NCBI GenBank assembly: GCA_964016885.1
Contig: OZ024741.1
Location: 46,624,001 to 46,688,000 of the forward strand
DNA from: Eledone cirrhosa
Taxonomy: Eukaryota
Direction: 5' to 3'
DNA length: 64,000 nt
Positions 27,599 to 41,937 of this stretch are shown one piece after another. A program made the position numbers and the translations under genes. Under the pieces are notes generated by a model. It was not told where the DNA came from. It searched no databases and was given only the letters and a program-made list of their open reading frames with translations. How positions within the stretch are numbered: the stretch's first letter is position 1; the number at the start of each line of letters is the position of its first letter.

Positions 27599-29584
27599 AT
27601 GGCTAATTCCCCTCTGCACGAAGCAGCTGAAAGCCTTCCTCACAAAATAACACCTCACACCGACACCACCATTGTAAATGTTACTACGTTTGCCAACACA
27701 AAAAAAAATATAAGCAGTAGCAATATTTTAAATTTGTCTCAGGCAGACATTCATTTCCCGCCATTACCAATGACTGCAGGTGTTAAAGCCTCCACCACCA
27801 CCACCACCGCAACAACCACCACCCCCACCACCACCGCGACAACAGAAACAAAAGAAGAAAAAAATAAATTAACTCGTGATGTCGGAAATGAAATCAAGCA
27901 AAATGGACTCTTCCGCACCAAAGACGACTGACGTCACCAACACCACAACTGAAACTAAAATGAATATTAACGATAGCAACAACAACAACAATGACATTAT
28001 AAAACCGACCCTCAGTTTCGCCATCGTAGCAAAACAATTCGAAGCGTTCACGGTAACTCAAGAAGATTTAGAAAATGCCAAACAAATGGTAAAGAAAGAT
28101 GGGTACAGGGTCAGCCTCACCCCTCCACCTAATAAAATGGAGCATCGGCGCCTGTGCACCGTGTCGTATAGAACAATAAATGTAAAATCGCGCCGAGTGG
28201 AACGGGCATCCGAGTCCCAAATCCAAAAAGCTTTGGGACATGTGTGGGCAAGAAAAACCCACATCAGACGTGGGCAAAAGTATGGAACCGTGGATGTGTT
28301 CTTTGAAACACCAGAGGAGGCTAGAGAACACTCCATGGCCCCATTAAAAAGTGACGACCTCACACTCGTCCCAAGCTATTGTGGCCAGAGACTCGTAAAG
28401 ATCAGGGTGACCCACGTTCCACCGGCCATCGAAATTCCCTGGCTAATAGCGGCTGTCCTCGCCGGCATCGAAACCAACACGAAAATAATAGCAGTAGCAA
28501 AAGAAAAGCAGGAAAACTGGTCCGGATCTGGGATGGAGCTCCTGATCCAAGCGGACCAAAAAAGCATTGAGGAGATCCCAGAGGTAATAGACCTCACTGA
28601 CGGCAACCACCTCAAGGTAATTGTCGAGGGCAGAAGACCTAGGTGTGTCGTTTGTGGTGAAGGAACCCACCTAAGGGCTTTCGGCCCTCAGGCTAAAAGG
28701 TTGAGGCCACCTCTCCTACCCACCCCAGTGACACAACCATCAACACCACCAGTAGCAGAGATGGAAGCAACAACTGTAGCAGCAACAACAGAAGCAACTA
28801 TAACAGCAACAACCCCAGCAACAGTAGCAAAACCAACACCACTACCACCACCAGCAAAACCAACACCACCACCATCCAACGCTTCAGAACTAGCACCAGC
28901 GCCTACACCATCCACCACACCACAACCAAAACTAACGGCTGTGGAGGATTTTCCACTCCCCGGCCTATCACAACTGGAGACAGATTGTGACGACGAGGAG
29001 TGGGAAACGATATCCGGAAAAAAAAAAGAAACCAAAAAAGAAAAAATTCTCTTCCTTCCCGCTCCAAAAACAAAATACAGAGGGAAACAAATAAACTAAG
29101 AAACAAAAAAGTTAGGACAGATATGCCACCATCCACACCAGCATCACCAACCCCATCAACCCAAACACCAACACCATCACCATCATTAACTCCAACACCA
29201 CCATCACCTACACCACAAAAGTCACCAAAATGCGAAACAGAAACAAACCCACAACAAACGCAAACAAAACAAAACAACCAAAACGATACACACTACACAG
29301 CATTAAATTTGAACAACAAGCAATTATTACACTACATCCAACACAACACCAGCATCACAGAAAAAGACTACACAACAACCCCAAAATTCACACCACCTCC
29401 ACACATACAAATCACTCGCATCACACAAAAAACGTACATGACACTAAAACAAAAATTCCCCAAAGACATCGGAGATTTCCGACAAGCACTCTCCAGGAGG
29501 ATTTATAAGGACATCCTTCCTGAGGAGGCCACAAGCAGTGAAAAGGATGGAAAAGCCGTCCTTCCCCTACGAGAAGTAAGGTAA
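27599..29584 (+). pseudogene. ORF1 of copy 2 (two frameshifts; last knuckle Cys changed to Gly)
   Basis: ORF pieces 27599-27931, 27876-29099, 29000-29584. Motif CVVCGEGTHLRAFGP. Confidence 0.85.
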
Positions 29585-29618
29585 GTGGTCTTTCCCATCT
29601 TTTCCACTCCTTTTCAAC

Positions 29619-30803
29619 ATGACCTCACTCAGAATAGGCAGCATAAATGCGCGTGGCTTGGGGTCGTCATGGAAGCGGGGCCACCTGCTCAACGACCTCA
29701 GGTCACTAAACATAGATGTAGTGGCCATCAGCGAGACCAGAATCTCCGAAGCACAGGCTTTCGCACCGATCTTCGGCGGCTACGATGTGTACGCATCTCC
29801 CAGCCGTCCGGGATCGGGGGGAGGAGTTGCTGTGCTTTTTCGGAGAGGTTTGGATCTTGCCATACGAGCCATCTTCCTGGACCCAGAAGGTAAGTTAGTG
29901 GTGCTGGACGTGACCAGCGGAGACGAGTAAGCTTTCAGGTTAGTGGCCGTCTATGCCGACGCGCTCAGGCTACGACATCTCCACCTCTTCCTCGACGGTG
30001 ATCAGGTGTGGTCGCCGTTTGCAAGACACGTTTTTCCCCAGCTCGTCTCCTTGACGGAGCTGCAGTCCTGGGTCAAGCGAAGACCGAGAGGGAGCGCTTG
30101 GAGATTGGAATGTCTTCAGGCGCTCACAGCCCTCGACCAATCGGGCAATGTGATCGGTGGAAACTCCACCTTGGCGTACTATAGGGGATTAGTGGAGGGG
30201 AAGAGCGACGACGTACTTGGAGAAACTCTAGGCGTCGACGAAAATCAACTAGCCAATCTCTTCGGAAGGACTTTCGGGCCGGGGCCTATGGACAACTTCC
30301 AGAAATCCCTGGCCTGGCAGTGCTACCGAGGAGCTTTGCCAGTTCGGGATAAACTCTACAGGCATGGAGGTGCCGTCAGCCGGGCATGTCCGAGATGCGC
30401 GCAGGGCGACGAAACCGTCCTGCACGCACTCGTCCAGTGTCCGAGCATTGCTGACTTGTGGGTTTATGTCGAACACCTGCTGTCACGTGTAGGACGGATC
30501 CAGCTATCAGCTGAGTCCATCGTGAGGATTGCCCCGCCCCCTTCCTTTAGCCTGGAAGGGCAGGCAGTTTTTATCTGTCTGGTGGCCATGGCGAAATAGA
30601 TAGTATGGTGGACACGTTTGAAAGGGCTGAAGACGAGCACTTACCTCTTCGGTGATGCCCTGATTAACTTTTTCAAATTTCATTTGAAAAGGAAAATCAG
30701 GGTAGAGAGGGAAGTGCTCTCTTCCCAGCATTTTGTTGAAAGATGGGTGAGAGAAGCAAGTATGGCCCGAATGAATGGGCCTTCTCTGGGTATGTGTCTG
30801 TAA
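29619..30803 (+). pseudogene. Deleted ORF2 of copy 2: N-terminal endonuclease half fused in frame to the C-terminal domain
   Basis: ORFs 29619-29930, 29943-30599 and 30618-30803 share one frame, interrupted by two point-mutation stops. Confidence 0.85.
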
Positions 30804-31045
30804 ATTAAGGGTGGAAAACTGGGAGAGGGCACTTGCCCTGGTGGTCAGGGCCACTGTGGTCTTTTAATGGGCTTTCTCCACAAATGTCCCTTGGAAGTCT
30901 CCCCCCTATTGGGGAATTTTTCTTTGTTATTTTATTTCAACCTCTGTTTTTTTACACGCAGAAATGCCCATTTGTACCGTCCTGTATTGTCCTGTACTGT
31001 CCTTAATGTCTACTTTATGTGAACCCTTGTGGTTAATAAAGAAAA

Positions 31046-31090
<45 letters not shown>

Positions 31091-31582
31091 GGATTGGCAG
31101 TATCAGTAGAGAGTCGGACTCCATACTTTGCGGCATAGAGTTACGGCCATTTACGCTCTGAGTTCAACTACCGCCGAGGTTTGCCTTTCATCCTTACGGG
31201 GTCGATAAAATAAAGTACCAGTAACGCACTGGGATAATTGCTGGCCTTGTGTCAAAAGTAGAAACAATTATTATTATGATTTGAAACTTCCTTTGAGTTA
31301 TGCTTCTTTCCAAATCATGCCGAGTGTCAACCTAGCACCTGAGGCAAATTGGATTGGCAGTATCGGTTGAGGGTCGGACGCTATGCTCTCCAGCATAGAG
31401 TTATGTCCCTTTACGGTCTGAGTTCAAATCCCGCCGAGGTTAACTTTGCCTTTCATCCTTACGGGGTCGATAAAGTAAGGCACCAGTAACGTTCTGGGGT
31501 CGATTTAATCGACTTTCCCCTCCCCCCACCATATTACTGGCCTTGTGCCTATACTAGAAATCATTATTATTATTATTATTAT
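31091..31582 (+). mobile_element. Two SINE family A copies (~31091-31277, ~31350-31582) directly after the Tx1 (ATT)n tract
   Basis: ggattggcagtatc..., B-box gagttcaa, 3' ggccttgtg...tagaaa..attattatt. Confidence 0.88.
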
Positions 31583-31583
31583 T

Positions 31584-31934
31584 ACAAGAGAAGCAGCGAA
31601 CCATCAATATTAGCGACGTGTTGTGTGGTGGCAATGAGAAACAAATGTAATATGATTTGGGAAAGAAGCAGAATTCAAATGGAGTTTCAAATAATAATAA
31701 TAATTGTTTCTACTTTAGGTACAAGGCCAGCAATTAACCAGTGCATTACTAATAAAGTACCAGTAATACACTGGGTAATTGCTGGCCTTGTGCCTAAAGT
31801 AGAAACAATTATTATTATTATTATTATTTGAAACTCCATTTGAATTCTGCTTCTTTCCCAAATCATATTACATTTGTTTCTCATTGCCACCACACAACAC
31901 GTCGCTAATATTGATGGTTCGCTGCTTCTCTTGT
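31584..31934. repeat. Fold-back inverted repeat (~165-bp arms) including a SINE A 3' end
   Basis: acaagagaagcagcg...cagtgcattact is mirrored by agtaatacactg...cgctgcttctcttgt. The ORF track shows the same N-terminus on both strands. Confidence 0.95.
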
Positions 31935-32374
31935 CAACATGTCAGAATGTGTTAAAGAAGCGATGTGGAATATAATTCCGTCTTTCACACACACACACAT
32001 ACTCACTCTCACCCTCACACATACACACACATACACACATAAAAACATAAAAACACACACACATACACACACACAAGCTTCTTATTTCTTCTGGGTCATT
32101 AAGTTATTTGATAGCTCACTGTGCACGTTCATCCCCTCTCCCTGGCAGTGTGTACGTAAGAGTGCAGCAAAAGTACCTTGGGATCTTGATAAAGAGAGTC
32201 TTTGTGCGAGCATTGAATCCCTATAGAGAGATATTGTAATTTCCTTTTTACTTCGTCTTTGTAGCTGTAAATCTAGTCGATGTCAACAGCCTGAAGAAGA
32301 TTAAACCTAACTAGACAAACTTAACTTTGACAAACAAGTGAAGATGAAGATTCTTTAATGTTTCAGTGCTACCA

Positions 32375-32710
32375 AGGTGCATGGATTGCGGGTTAGAACG
32401 TTGGGCTTGCAATTGAGAAGTTGTGAGTTCGATTCTTGGACTGAGTGATGCGTTGTGTCCTTGAGTAAGATACTTTATTCCATGTCATTCCATTTTACTC
32501 AGCTGTAGGAATCAGTTGCGACGTCACTGGTGCCAAGCTGTATCGGCCATTGCCTTTCCCTTGCACAACGTCGGTGACGTGGAGAGGGGAAAAACTGGTG
32601 TGCATGGGCGACTACTGGTCTTCCACAAATAAATTTTACCCAGGCTTGTGCCTCGGAGGGAAACTTTCTAGGTGCAAAACCATGGTCAATAGTGACCGAT
32701 GGGGGCTTCT
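32375..32710 (+). mobile_element. tRNA-derived SINE family B (CORE-like central domain)
   Basis: A-box-like head, gagttcgattc B-box, gttgtgtccttgagtaagatactttatt central motif. Relatives at ~38035-38181 (-), 38243-38455 (+), 40625-40887 (-). Confidence 0.7.
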
Positions 32711-33281
32711 AGAAAAACTACCAACCAAATAAGGTTTATAAAGTACGTTTGCATCATTTTCATGGCCAAATAGTTATGGAGGTTGGTTTACAACCATGGG
32801 GTCCTGGGTTTTATCTCACTGTGTGCTATCATGGGCAAGTACAATTTACCATAGTCTCCGGTACCCCTAGGCTTTATGCGGGGGATTGGGTTGACGGAAA
32901 TTGTTTGGAATTTTGTCAAATGAACTGTAAATGTCATTGAATGAGCCAGCCTTCTCACTCACGGTGTCACGTTAAATTTCCGTGAGAACTACATTAAGGG
33001 TATGCACATGTCTTTGGAATGCTCAGACACTTTCACATTAATTTCACATGAAAGCAATTCCGTTGATCGAACAACTAGTACACTCTTCGTTGAAACCGAC
33101 GGAGGTTCATTCCACTCCACACAATTTTCATTTAATACATTTTCATTCAAATATTTTGCTTCTAGAATAACATCACAAATATGACATAATTTAATATCCA
33201 CCATTTGTTTGTTGAATGAAATGCTAACTTTATGGCTTTTTTTAATAACATTATCTGTTACTTTCAGAAACACTTTAGATT

Positions 33282-33608
33282 TACGAAGTTCGACTGAAAA
33301 GTTCATGGGATGACCAAGATACTCTCGTGAAATGACCAAAATTGTTTCTACTTTGGGCACAAGGCCAGCAATTACCCAGTGCATTACTGGTACTTTATTT
33401 TATTGACCCCGTAAGGATGAAAGGCAAAGTAAACCTCGGCGGGATTTGAACTCAGAATGGCAAGGACCGTAACTCTATGCGTCAAAGCATGGCGTCCGAC
33501 CCTCTACCGATACTGCCAATCCACTGCCAAAATTAATGTATACAAGATTTCACAGTGCTAACATCACTCCTTCATAGTCAGTCTATGAACTTTTCAGCCA
33601 ACCATCGT
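33282..33608. mobile_element. Mariner/Tc1-type MITE with imperfect TIRs, interrupted by a minus-strand SINE A (~33341-33524)
   Basis: Left tacgaagttcgactgaaaagttcatgg; right reverse complement tacgatggttggctgaaaagttcatag; TA at both ends. Confidence 0.65.
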
Positions 33609-33763
33609 AATACTTGTTCTTCTTTTGTTACGATATTTCTAATGAAAAACATTGCCTCTTCTTTTCAAATAATTCTGACAATAATCAAGAATTAGAAAGA
33701 TTTAGTAATATAACTAACTAGTTTATTATTAAACCGGTGTATAAATAAATAAATAAATAAATA

Positions 33764-33807
<44 letters not shown>

Positions 33808-34366
33808 GACTATTATTATTGATAAAGAAATAATTATTAAATTGGCGTTTACATAAAATTTGGAATGAAGGATTCTAGATAAGTATAAACATTTTAAAAC
33901 AAACGGTTTGGCTGACAGACATAATCCTACATACATACATACATACATACATACATACGTACGTACATACGTAGATACGTACATACATACATACATACAT
34001 ACATACATACATACATACATACATACGTACGTACGTACGTATATATACATAATGCATAAATACAATAACCAAAACTATCAAACAGTAAAGAAAGTTTCTA
34101 ATAGGACGATTCCAGAAAAATATTTAAACATAGGTTTTATTTCCAATCTATAAATCCCATGCCAATAAACATATCATATACAGTGTGTTCGTTTTTACGC
34201 GAAAATGCGTAATTCAGGTATTATATTTCTGATAAATAAAAAAAAATTATAAACCACACGCATTATAGCGCGTTATTCGTGCAAAGTGAATATTTAATAA
34301 TATTTTTTCAATGGGCGTTAAAGCGAATTCACGTACTTCATGTTCGCCTAAAAAGCGAACAGACTG

Positions 34367-34407
<41 letters not shown>

Positions 34408-34628
34408 CGCGCACAAGTATAGCTCTTTATACAAAACCTGGTTTTTTCCATTTCAGGTAGACGCGCTCCATCATCCACTTTTCTAAAAAAAAGATATCAT
34501 ACACAAAACGCCAGCATCAACAGTTTTCCAAGAGATGGCAACATGAATAGACCTGTTATTTGTATCTAAAGACATTTTTTCCAATTCCACCCCGCCCGTC
34601 CCTTCAATCTATCTTATTTCTCATTCTT

Positions 34629-34664
34629 TCTTCTAATGAAGGACTAGCGTCCGAAACGTTAAGA
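34629..34664 (+). ncRNA. Hammerhead motif, mutated copy of the 62614 family (core CTAATGA)
   Basis: TCTT-CTAATGA-a-GGAC tagc GTCC-GAA-ACGT-T-AAGA. About 110 bp shared with 62605-62735 and partly with 38570-38645. Confidence 0.65.
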
Positions 34665-34773
34665 CCCTTTTCCTGCTATTTCAAGCGCGTTAACCTAATA
34701 TATTCCTTCCATATACTGTACCGATTATGTTGTTATTTCTGTTTATCTTTTACAGATATATATATACATATAC

Positions 34774-34846
<73 letters not shown>

Positions 34847-34861
34847 CATACATATATATAC

Positions 34862-34951
<90 letters not shown>

Positions 34952-35734
34952 TCATTTTATTTAGGCTAAATAGCGAGTCTTGTTTCTCTGGAGTTTCGCT
35001 TGCTTCTCACAGAGTCATCAGACAATATATATATTGTTCAGATCTATTGATCTGGGTAGACCACAAGGGAAGCAGAACTCAATATTCATAATACACTAAA
35101 ATATATAAGATTATTCAATCTCTTTTCTTTATAACATTACTAGGATGTTTCACTAAAGTGAAGTGAAATACTGCAGGCAAAAGTAGCACAACTAAGAAGA
35201 CGCTCGGGAAGATTATATTCATGAAATCATGAAATGTTAAAGACATTTAAGTATTTCAAATTCCCATCCTACCCACAACAATCCTACCACTTCTTCTCTT
35301 TCACGGCACCTAAATAACAAACAACCCTCCACACACACCCAAACTCAACTACTTCTCACATAGCAACTCCCAAACAAATCCTATCCTAGACTCAACCCAA
35401 ACATTTAATAATTAATTACTTATAATACTATATCACTGTTAACTTCCATTATCAATTTAATCAATCTTTAATATTCCAGTATTTAAATCATTAAGAATTC
35501 GGGGGGGGGGGGGGGGGGGGGCTTTGTTTTGTTTCGGTTTTGCTTTGTTTATTTTTGTAGTTTTATTGGTTTCTCAATTATTTGGACTTGACAGTTCAAT
35601 ATTCCTTAAAAAAATATAATAAGCCAAAGTGGAAAATGTTTGAAATCAGAATGGAGTGCTACGAAATAGCATGAAACTTTAGCAATATAATAATTCTACG
35701 TGAAATTGTATATATGAATATATATACAGTATAT

Positions 35735-35945
35735 TTGATAATGTACTGTATGTTTAATTAAAAACATTTTGAAGACCATTCGGTATGAATTTTAAAGTAG
35801 TGACTATGTCACTTACTTATTCTCGGCAAAAACGAAGGGGAGTAAATACCAGTCCTGTTTCTCCCTCGTTAGCGGTTATCAAGACTACTTACCCCTTCGC
35901 TTCTGCCGAGAATTATAGAAGCTGGATTCTTATAGAATTCCAATA
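35735..35945. repeat. Dispersed repeat family D (rearranged copies at ~54255-54440 and ~54525-54740)
   Basis: gtgactatgtcacttacttatt-tcggcaaaaac and tttgaagaccatt...gtatgtttaatt are shared in both orientations. Confidence 0.75.
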
Positions 35946-36084
35946 ATGTTTAAGAGATGATTAAACAGGTATACGTATGCAAACACCCAAGATATATCAA
36001 ATATACATATACACACATATATATACACATATATGTATATATATATACATATATATACATATATATATATACACATATACATAC

Positions 36085-36115
<31 letters not shown>

Positions 36116-36439
36116 TACACACAAAAAATTAAAATGTATATACAAAGGCACACTCTTGTACATCCGAGGATATATAAGAGTCAAAAGATTTAAAGATTTA
36201 AAAAGTTAAAAGAATTTAAAATATATACATAAAAGTATACATATGTAAACAGACACCCGAGGATATATCAAATATACACATACATATACACATACATATA
36301 CACATATATATACATAACATATATATACATATATATACATAAACACATATATACATACATACATACATTTTTTTTTCATACATATTCTGTTTTGTTTTTG
36401 TTATGTTTTTTACAAATATTGTGAATATCATTGAGAAGA

Positions 36440-36510
36440 ATAACTACTACTACCACCGGTACCACTAATACTACCACTACCACTAATACTACTACTACCA
36501 CCGCCATTAA

Positions 36511-36555
<45 letters not shown>

Positions 36556-36660
36556 CACTAATACTACCACTACCGCCACTAATACTACCACCACCACTAA
36601 TACTACCACCACCACTAATACTGCCACCGCCACTAATACTATTACCATCACCAACTCCAT
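36440..36660. repeat. (ACT/ACC/AAT)n trinucleotide repeat
   Basis: actactaccacc... poly-Thr/Asn translation. Confidence 0.9.
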
Positions 36661-36929
36661 CCCTTTCTATAACGTGTTATACGAGAATTGGTAAGAATCT
36701 TCATGAAACCTATTCTTTAGAGAATATTGGCATAATCTCCCACCGTTACCATCACCACCACTAACAATCTACCACCACCGTCACCATCTTTATTCTCATC
36801 ATCATCAACATCAGCATCATAAGCCTCATCGTCATAACATATTGCACATTGACGTTTCGCTTAAACCAACATTTTTTCTTCTTCCTTTCTTCATATCTAA
36901 TTCATCAGAAAGAGACAGTTTGGAACAAT

Positions 36930-37461
<532 letters not shown>

Positions 37462-38181
37462 TATGTAGATATAGATATATATGTGTGCTTGTGAGTGCAG
37501 TGTGTGTATATCTGTGTGTATGGGTGATCCGATCAATAGTTGTAAGAACTGTCTGTAAATAATATTTTTATACAATTGTTCTTCTCGTAACTCTTTTGTT
37601 CTCTAAATGGTTTAAACTTATACCCTTTCGTTACCATATTTCTAATGAAAGACACAAAATGTGTTAACTTCATTACAGACTCCTCGTCTGGGATGCGACA
37701 TATCGCTATACCTTCTCCAGCAGAAAACTGATGCATTCGGCTCCCAGCCCAGGCATCGCTGCTTGTCATACCCATGAGAGCAAACTGTCCATATATCAGC
37801 TGTTCTGATAGGTTTGTGGTCGAGCCTGTGATAGTAGAGACTTCCACCGTTCTTGGCCTCTGGGCCACATCCCAACTCACTACTATAGGGACTGAGTTGG
37901 CTACTTGCTAGAGCGAGAACTGCGAGTTGGAGTGATTGTTCCAGCGAGTCTTCCTCACCATCCTCCGGAGCGCAATGTCTTCTCCATTCTGTCCACTGGG
38001 ATCTTGATGCGGACTGACACTTAAGCAAACAGACATACATATATTGTTTGTGGAAGACCAGCGGTCGCCCATGCATACCAGCGATTCCAAGGTAATGGCC
38101 GATACAGCTTGTCACCAGCTGAGTAAACTCACAACCTTACGATTGCAAGCACAATGCTCTAACCACTAAGCCATGCGCCTT

Positions 38182-38242
<61 letters not shown>

Positions 38243-38244
<2 letters not shown>

Positions 38245-38455
38245 AGGCACGTGACCTAGTGGTAAGAGTGTTAGACTTACGATCATAATGTCGCGGGTTT
38301 GAGTACTTAATTTCACGTTGCTCCAGTATACTCAGCTGAAAATGAGTACCAGCAATAGCTGGGGGTTTAACCCTGCGATGGACTGGCGTATTGTTCAGAG
38401 GGTAGTGTTGTACTCTCAGTCGCTTCATGCCATGAAACCGGGATAAGCCCCGGCT
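38243..38455 (+). mobile_element. SINE family B copy flanked by (TA)n
   Basis: ggaggcacgtgacctagtggtaagagtgttagact head; matches the reverse complement of 40625-40887. Confidence 0.8.
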
Positions 38456-38860
38456 AATATATATATATATATTACGAAGGAGGTGTGGTAAGGAACCAAA
38501 TGGACCATAACGCAGCAGAGTACTCAATACTTAGGGTAGTAGAGTGGGTAATTTTCCTATATATGTATATTATTTCAAGCGTTAACCTAATATATCCTTC
38601 CATATACTGTACCGATTGTGTTGTTATTTCTGTTTACCTTTTACACACACACACACACACACATTTCCTGAGTTCAATTTATTTCGTCACTATGGTCTCT
38701 GCGGCCCGTCTATCGGTCGCTGTATTTGATTTGCAAAGCTGTCTAAACGTAATGTTATAACTCTGGGGTAATATTCTCCATTGAGTGCTTAGCTGCACCA
38801 AAACTGCATTCGTTAGCTTGGCTGCTACCAAAAGCTTCATTGATGCTGTACTAAAATTTG

Positions 38861-39000
<140 letters not shown>

Positions 39001-39228
39001 GTAAGTATGCATGTATGTTACGTACATACATATATGTATACAGACGTACAGTAGTATGTATATATATACATACATACAGGCACACATATATATATATGCA
39101 CGTATCGGTTTACCGAACATTTATTATAATGCTCGGTTTGTTTGTTTGTAAACAAACAAACAGCCCGAATTACGCCGTACAGTGTTTAGGCAACCACGTC
39201 ACCTTTTTGTTCAACACTGACACAGGAA

Positions 39229-39269
39229 CGATGTACTAGTTTCAAGCTTATTAGCTATCGTCAACATCG
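39229..39269 (-). ncRNA. Minimal hammerhead motif (core TTGACGA)
   Basis: CGATG-TTGACGA-tAGCTaataAGCTt-GAA-ACTAGT-A-CATCG. Confidence 0.65.
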
Positions 39270-39634
39270 TATACCTTCCTGCCAGATGGTTGAACGTCTG
39301 AAAGTATATACTTTCCTTATGCATATTAACGGCTGAGCAGCCTAATTTGCATATCGAGTGAGTTTAGTCGGCCGGACGCACCGAAAACGATAAATGGAAT
39401 AGAATGAAACGAAATTTCATTTTTCACTCTTAGTACGGCAGTTACTTAAATGTAAGTCTGTATGTATACGTACATACATATATATATACAGACGTACAGT
39501 AGTATGTATATATATACATACATGCACACATATATATATGCACGTATCGATATGCAAATTAGGCTGCTCAGCCGTTAATATGCATAAGGAAAGTATATAC
39601 TTTCAGATGTTCAACCATCTGGCAGAAGGGTATA

Positions 39635-39675
39635 CGGTGCTGACGATAGCTAATAAGTTTGAAACTAGTACATCG
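39635..39675 (+). ncRNA. Minimal type-I hammerhead ribozyme
   Basis: CGGTG-CTGACGA-tAGCTaataAGTTt-GAA-ACTAGT-A-CATCG. GUA cleavage triplet, palindromic stem III. Confidence 0.78.
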
Positions 39676-39959
39676 TTCCTGTGGGAGTGTTGAACAAAAA
39701 GGTGACGTGGTTGCCTAAACACTGTACGGCGTAAATCGGGCTGCTTGTTTGTTCACAAACAAACCGAGCATTATAATAAATGTTCGGTAAACCGATACGT
39801 GCATATATATATATATATGTGCATGTATGTATATATATACATACTAGTGTACGTCTGTATACATATATGTATGTACGTATACATACATGCATACTTGCAT
39901 TTAAGTAACTGCAGTTCTAAGAGTGAGAAATGAAATTTCGTTTCATTCTATTCCATTTA

Positions 39960-40078
<119 letters not shown>

Positions 40079-40258
40079 ACGTACATACATATATGTATAC
40101 AGACGTACAGTAGTATGTATATACATACATACATGCACACACATATATATATATATGTACGTATGTGTTTACCGAACATTTATTATAATGCTCAGTCGTT
40201 AATATGCATAAGGAAAGTATATACTTTCAAACGTTCAATCAACTGACAGGAAGGTATA

Positions 40259-40299
40259 CGGTGCTGGTGACAGCTAATAAGCTAGAAACTAGTTCATCG
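40259..40299 (+). ncRNA. Mutated hammerhead motif (core CTGGTGA)
   Basis: CGGTG-CTGGTGA-cAGCTaataAGCTa-GAA-ACTAGT-T-CATCG. Confidence 0.6.
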
Positions 40300-40560
40300 T
40301 TCCTTTGTCAGTGTTGAACAAAAGGGCAACGATGGTTGCCGAACACTGTGCGGCTAATAATTCGGGCTGTTTGTTTACAAACAAACCGAGGATTATAATA
40401 AATGTTCGGTAAACCCATACGTACATATATATATATGTGTGCACGTATGTATGTATATACATACTACTGTACGTCTGTATACATATATGTATGTACGTAT
40501 ACATACGTATATTTAAGTATCAGCCGTACTAATAGTGAGAAATGAAATTTCATTTTTTCC

Positions 40561-40607
<47 letters not shown>

Positions 40608-40624
40608 AAGTCTAAAGTCTGTCT

Positions 40625-40990
<366 letters not shown>

Positions 40991-41889
40991 AGAGAGAGAG
41001 AGAGAGAGATTGCAGTTGTAGCCGCAGTAGAGCAGATACCAATCGAATTATTTGAAGCGGTCACAAAGCCCTCCATGATGCGAAAAGTTAATACATTTTT
41101 TGTCCAGAGTAAACACAAAGTAAAAATGTGTGACACCATGAAGAAAACTACCAGTTGTATATTTGGCCATGGTTTATAACCACAAGAACGATAAATACAA
41201 ACAGGTGTGTGGGGGGTGTCAGGTCGCTCTTCAGCGCTACTGGTAACATGTAACCCAGTATAACCGGTGCATTTTCAGGTCGCGGTGACTAAACCGGCAA
41301 CCCCACAAAGCTTGTTTAGCGAGGAGGTTGATTTTGGACACCCTGCGGGGTAAAAAAAAAAAGAGTCAACGGTCGGAGAAGCTCAGGAGAATTAACGGCC
41401 ATCCAATAAAGTTTTTTTGTGGAGCGAGAGACTCCTAGTCTTTATTAAGACACCTCTCTAAAAGGTCACTTTGATATAAAACCTGCGACTTGGTTTGCAC
41501 CCAATGATGTAGACCAGTTCTACTTTTTGAGCAAATGTATTCGATGTTCAGAGAGTGGGATTGGTCTCGTGCAAAGCCTTTCCTCACTTAAAAATGATTC
41601 AAGCACAGGCACCGCTTGATATGTGACTTGTTTTCCGATGCATGGTATTGCTGGCCATAGGCGGATCCCTAGCAGGACTAAAAAGCCACGTCCGTGATGC
41701 TAAGGAAATGTGGTAAGGAACCAGATGGACCATAACGCACCAGAGTACTCAATACTTAGGGTAGTAGAGTGGGTAATAGGAACGAGTAGGACTCCGACGG
41801 CTGAGCTCAAGCCGTTTCGACGGCTAATTTCTGTCCAGAATTAGCCGTCGGAACGGCTTGAGCTCAGCCATCGGGGTCCTACTCGTTCC

Positions 41890-41937
<48 letters not shown>

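Larger units (their letters stand above)
27391..31046 (+). mobile_element. Tx1/L1-group element copy 2, with intact ends and a ~2.2-kb internal deletion removing the RT
   Basis: Same 5' start ggcgacctacg and same 3' end. Junction gtctatgcc-g-acgcgctcagg at ~29957 joins copy-1 positions ~24027 and ~26235. Confidence 0.93.

Noticed and set aside
37533-38030. 115-157 aa non-repetitive ORFs on the minus strand
   Set aside because: No recognisable motif; they start in a SINE and are probably LINE 5' remnants.
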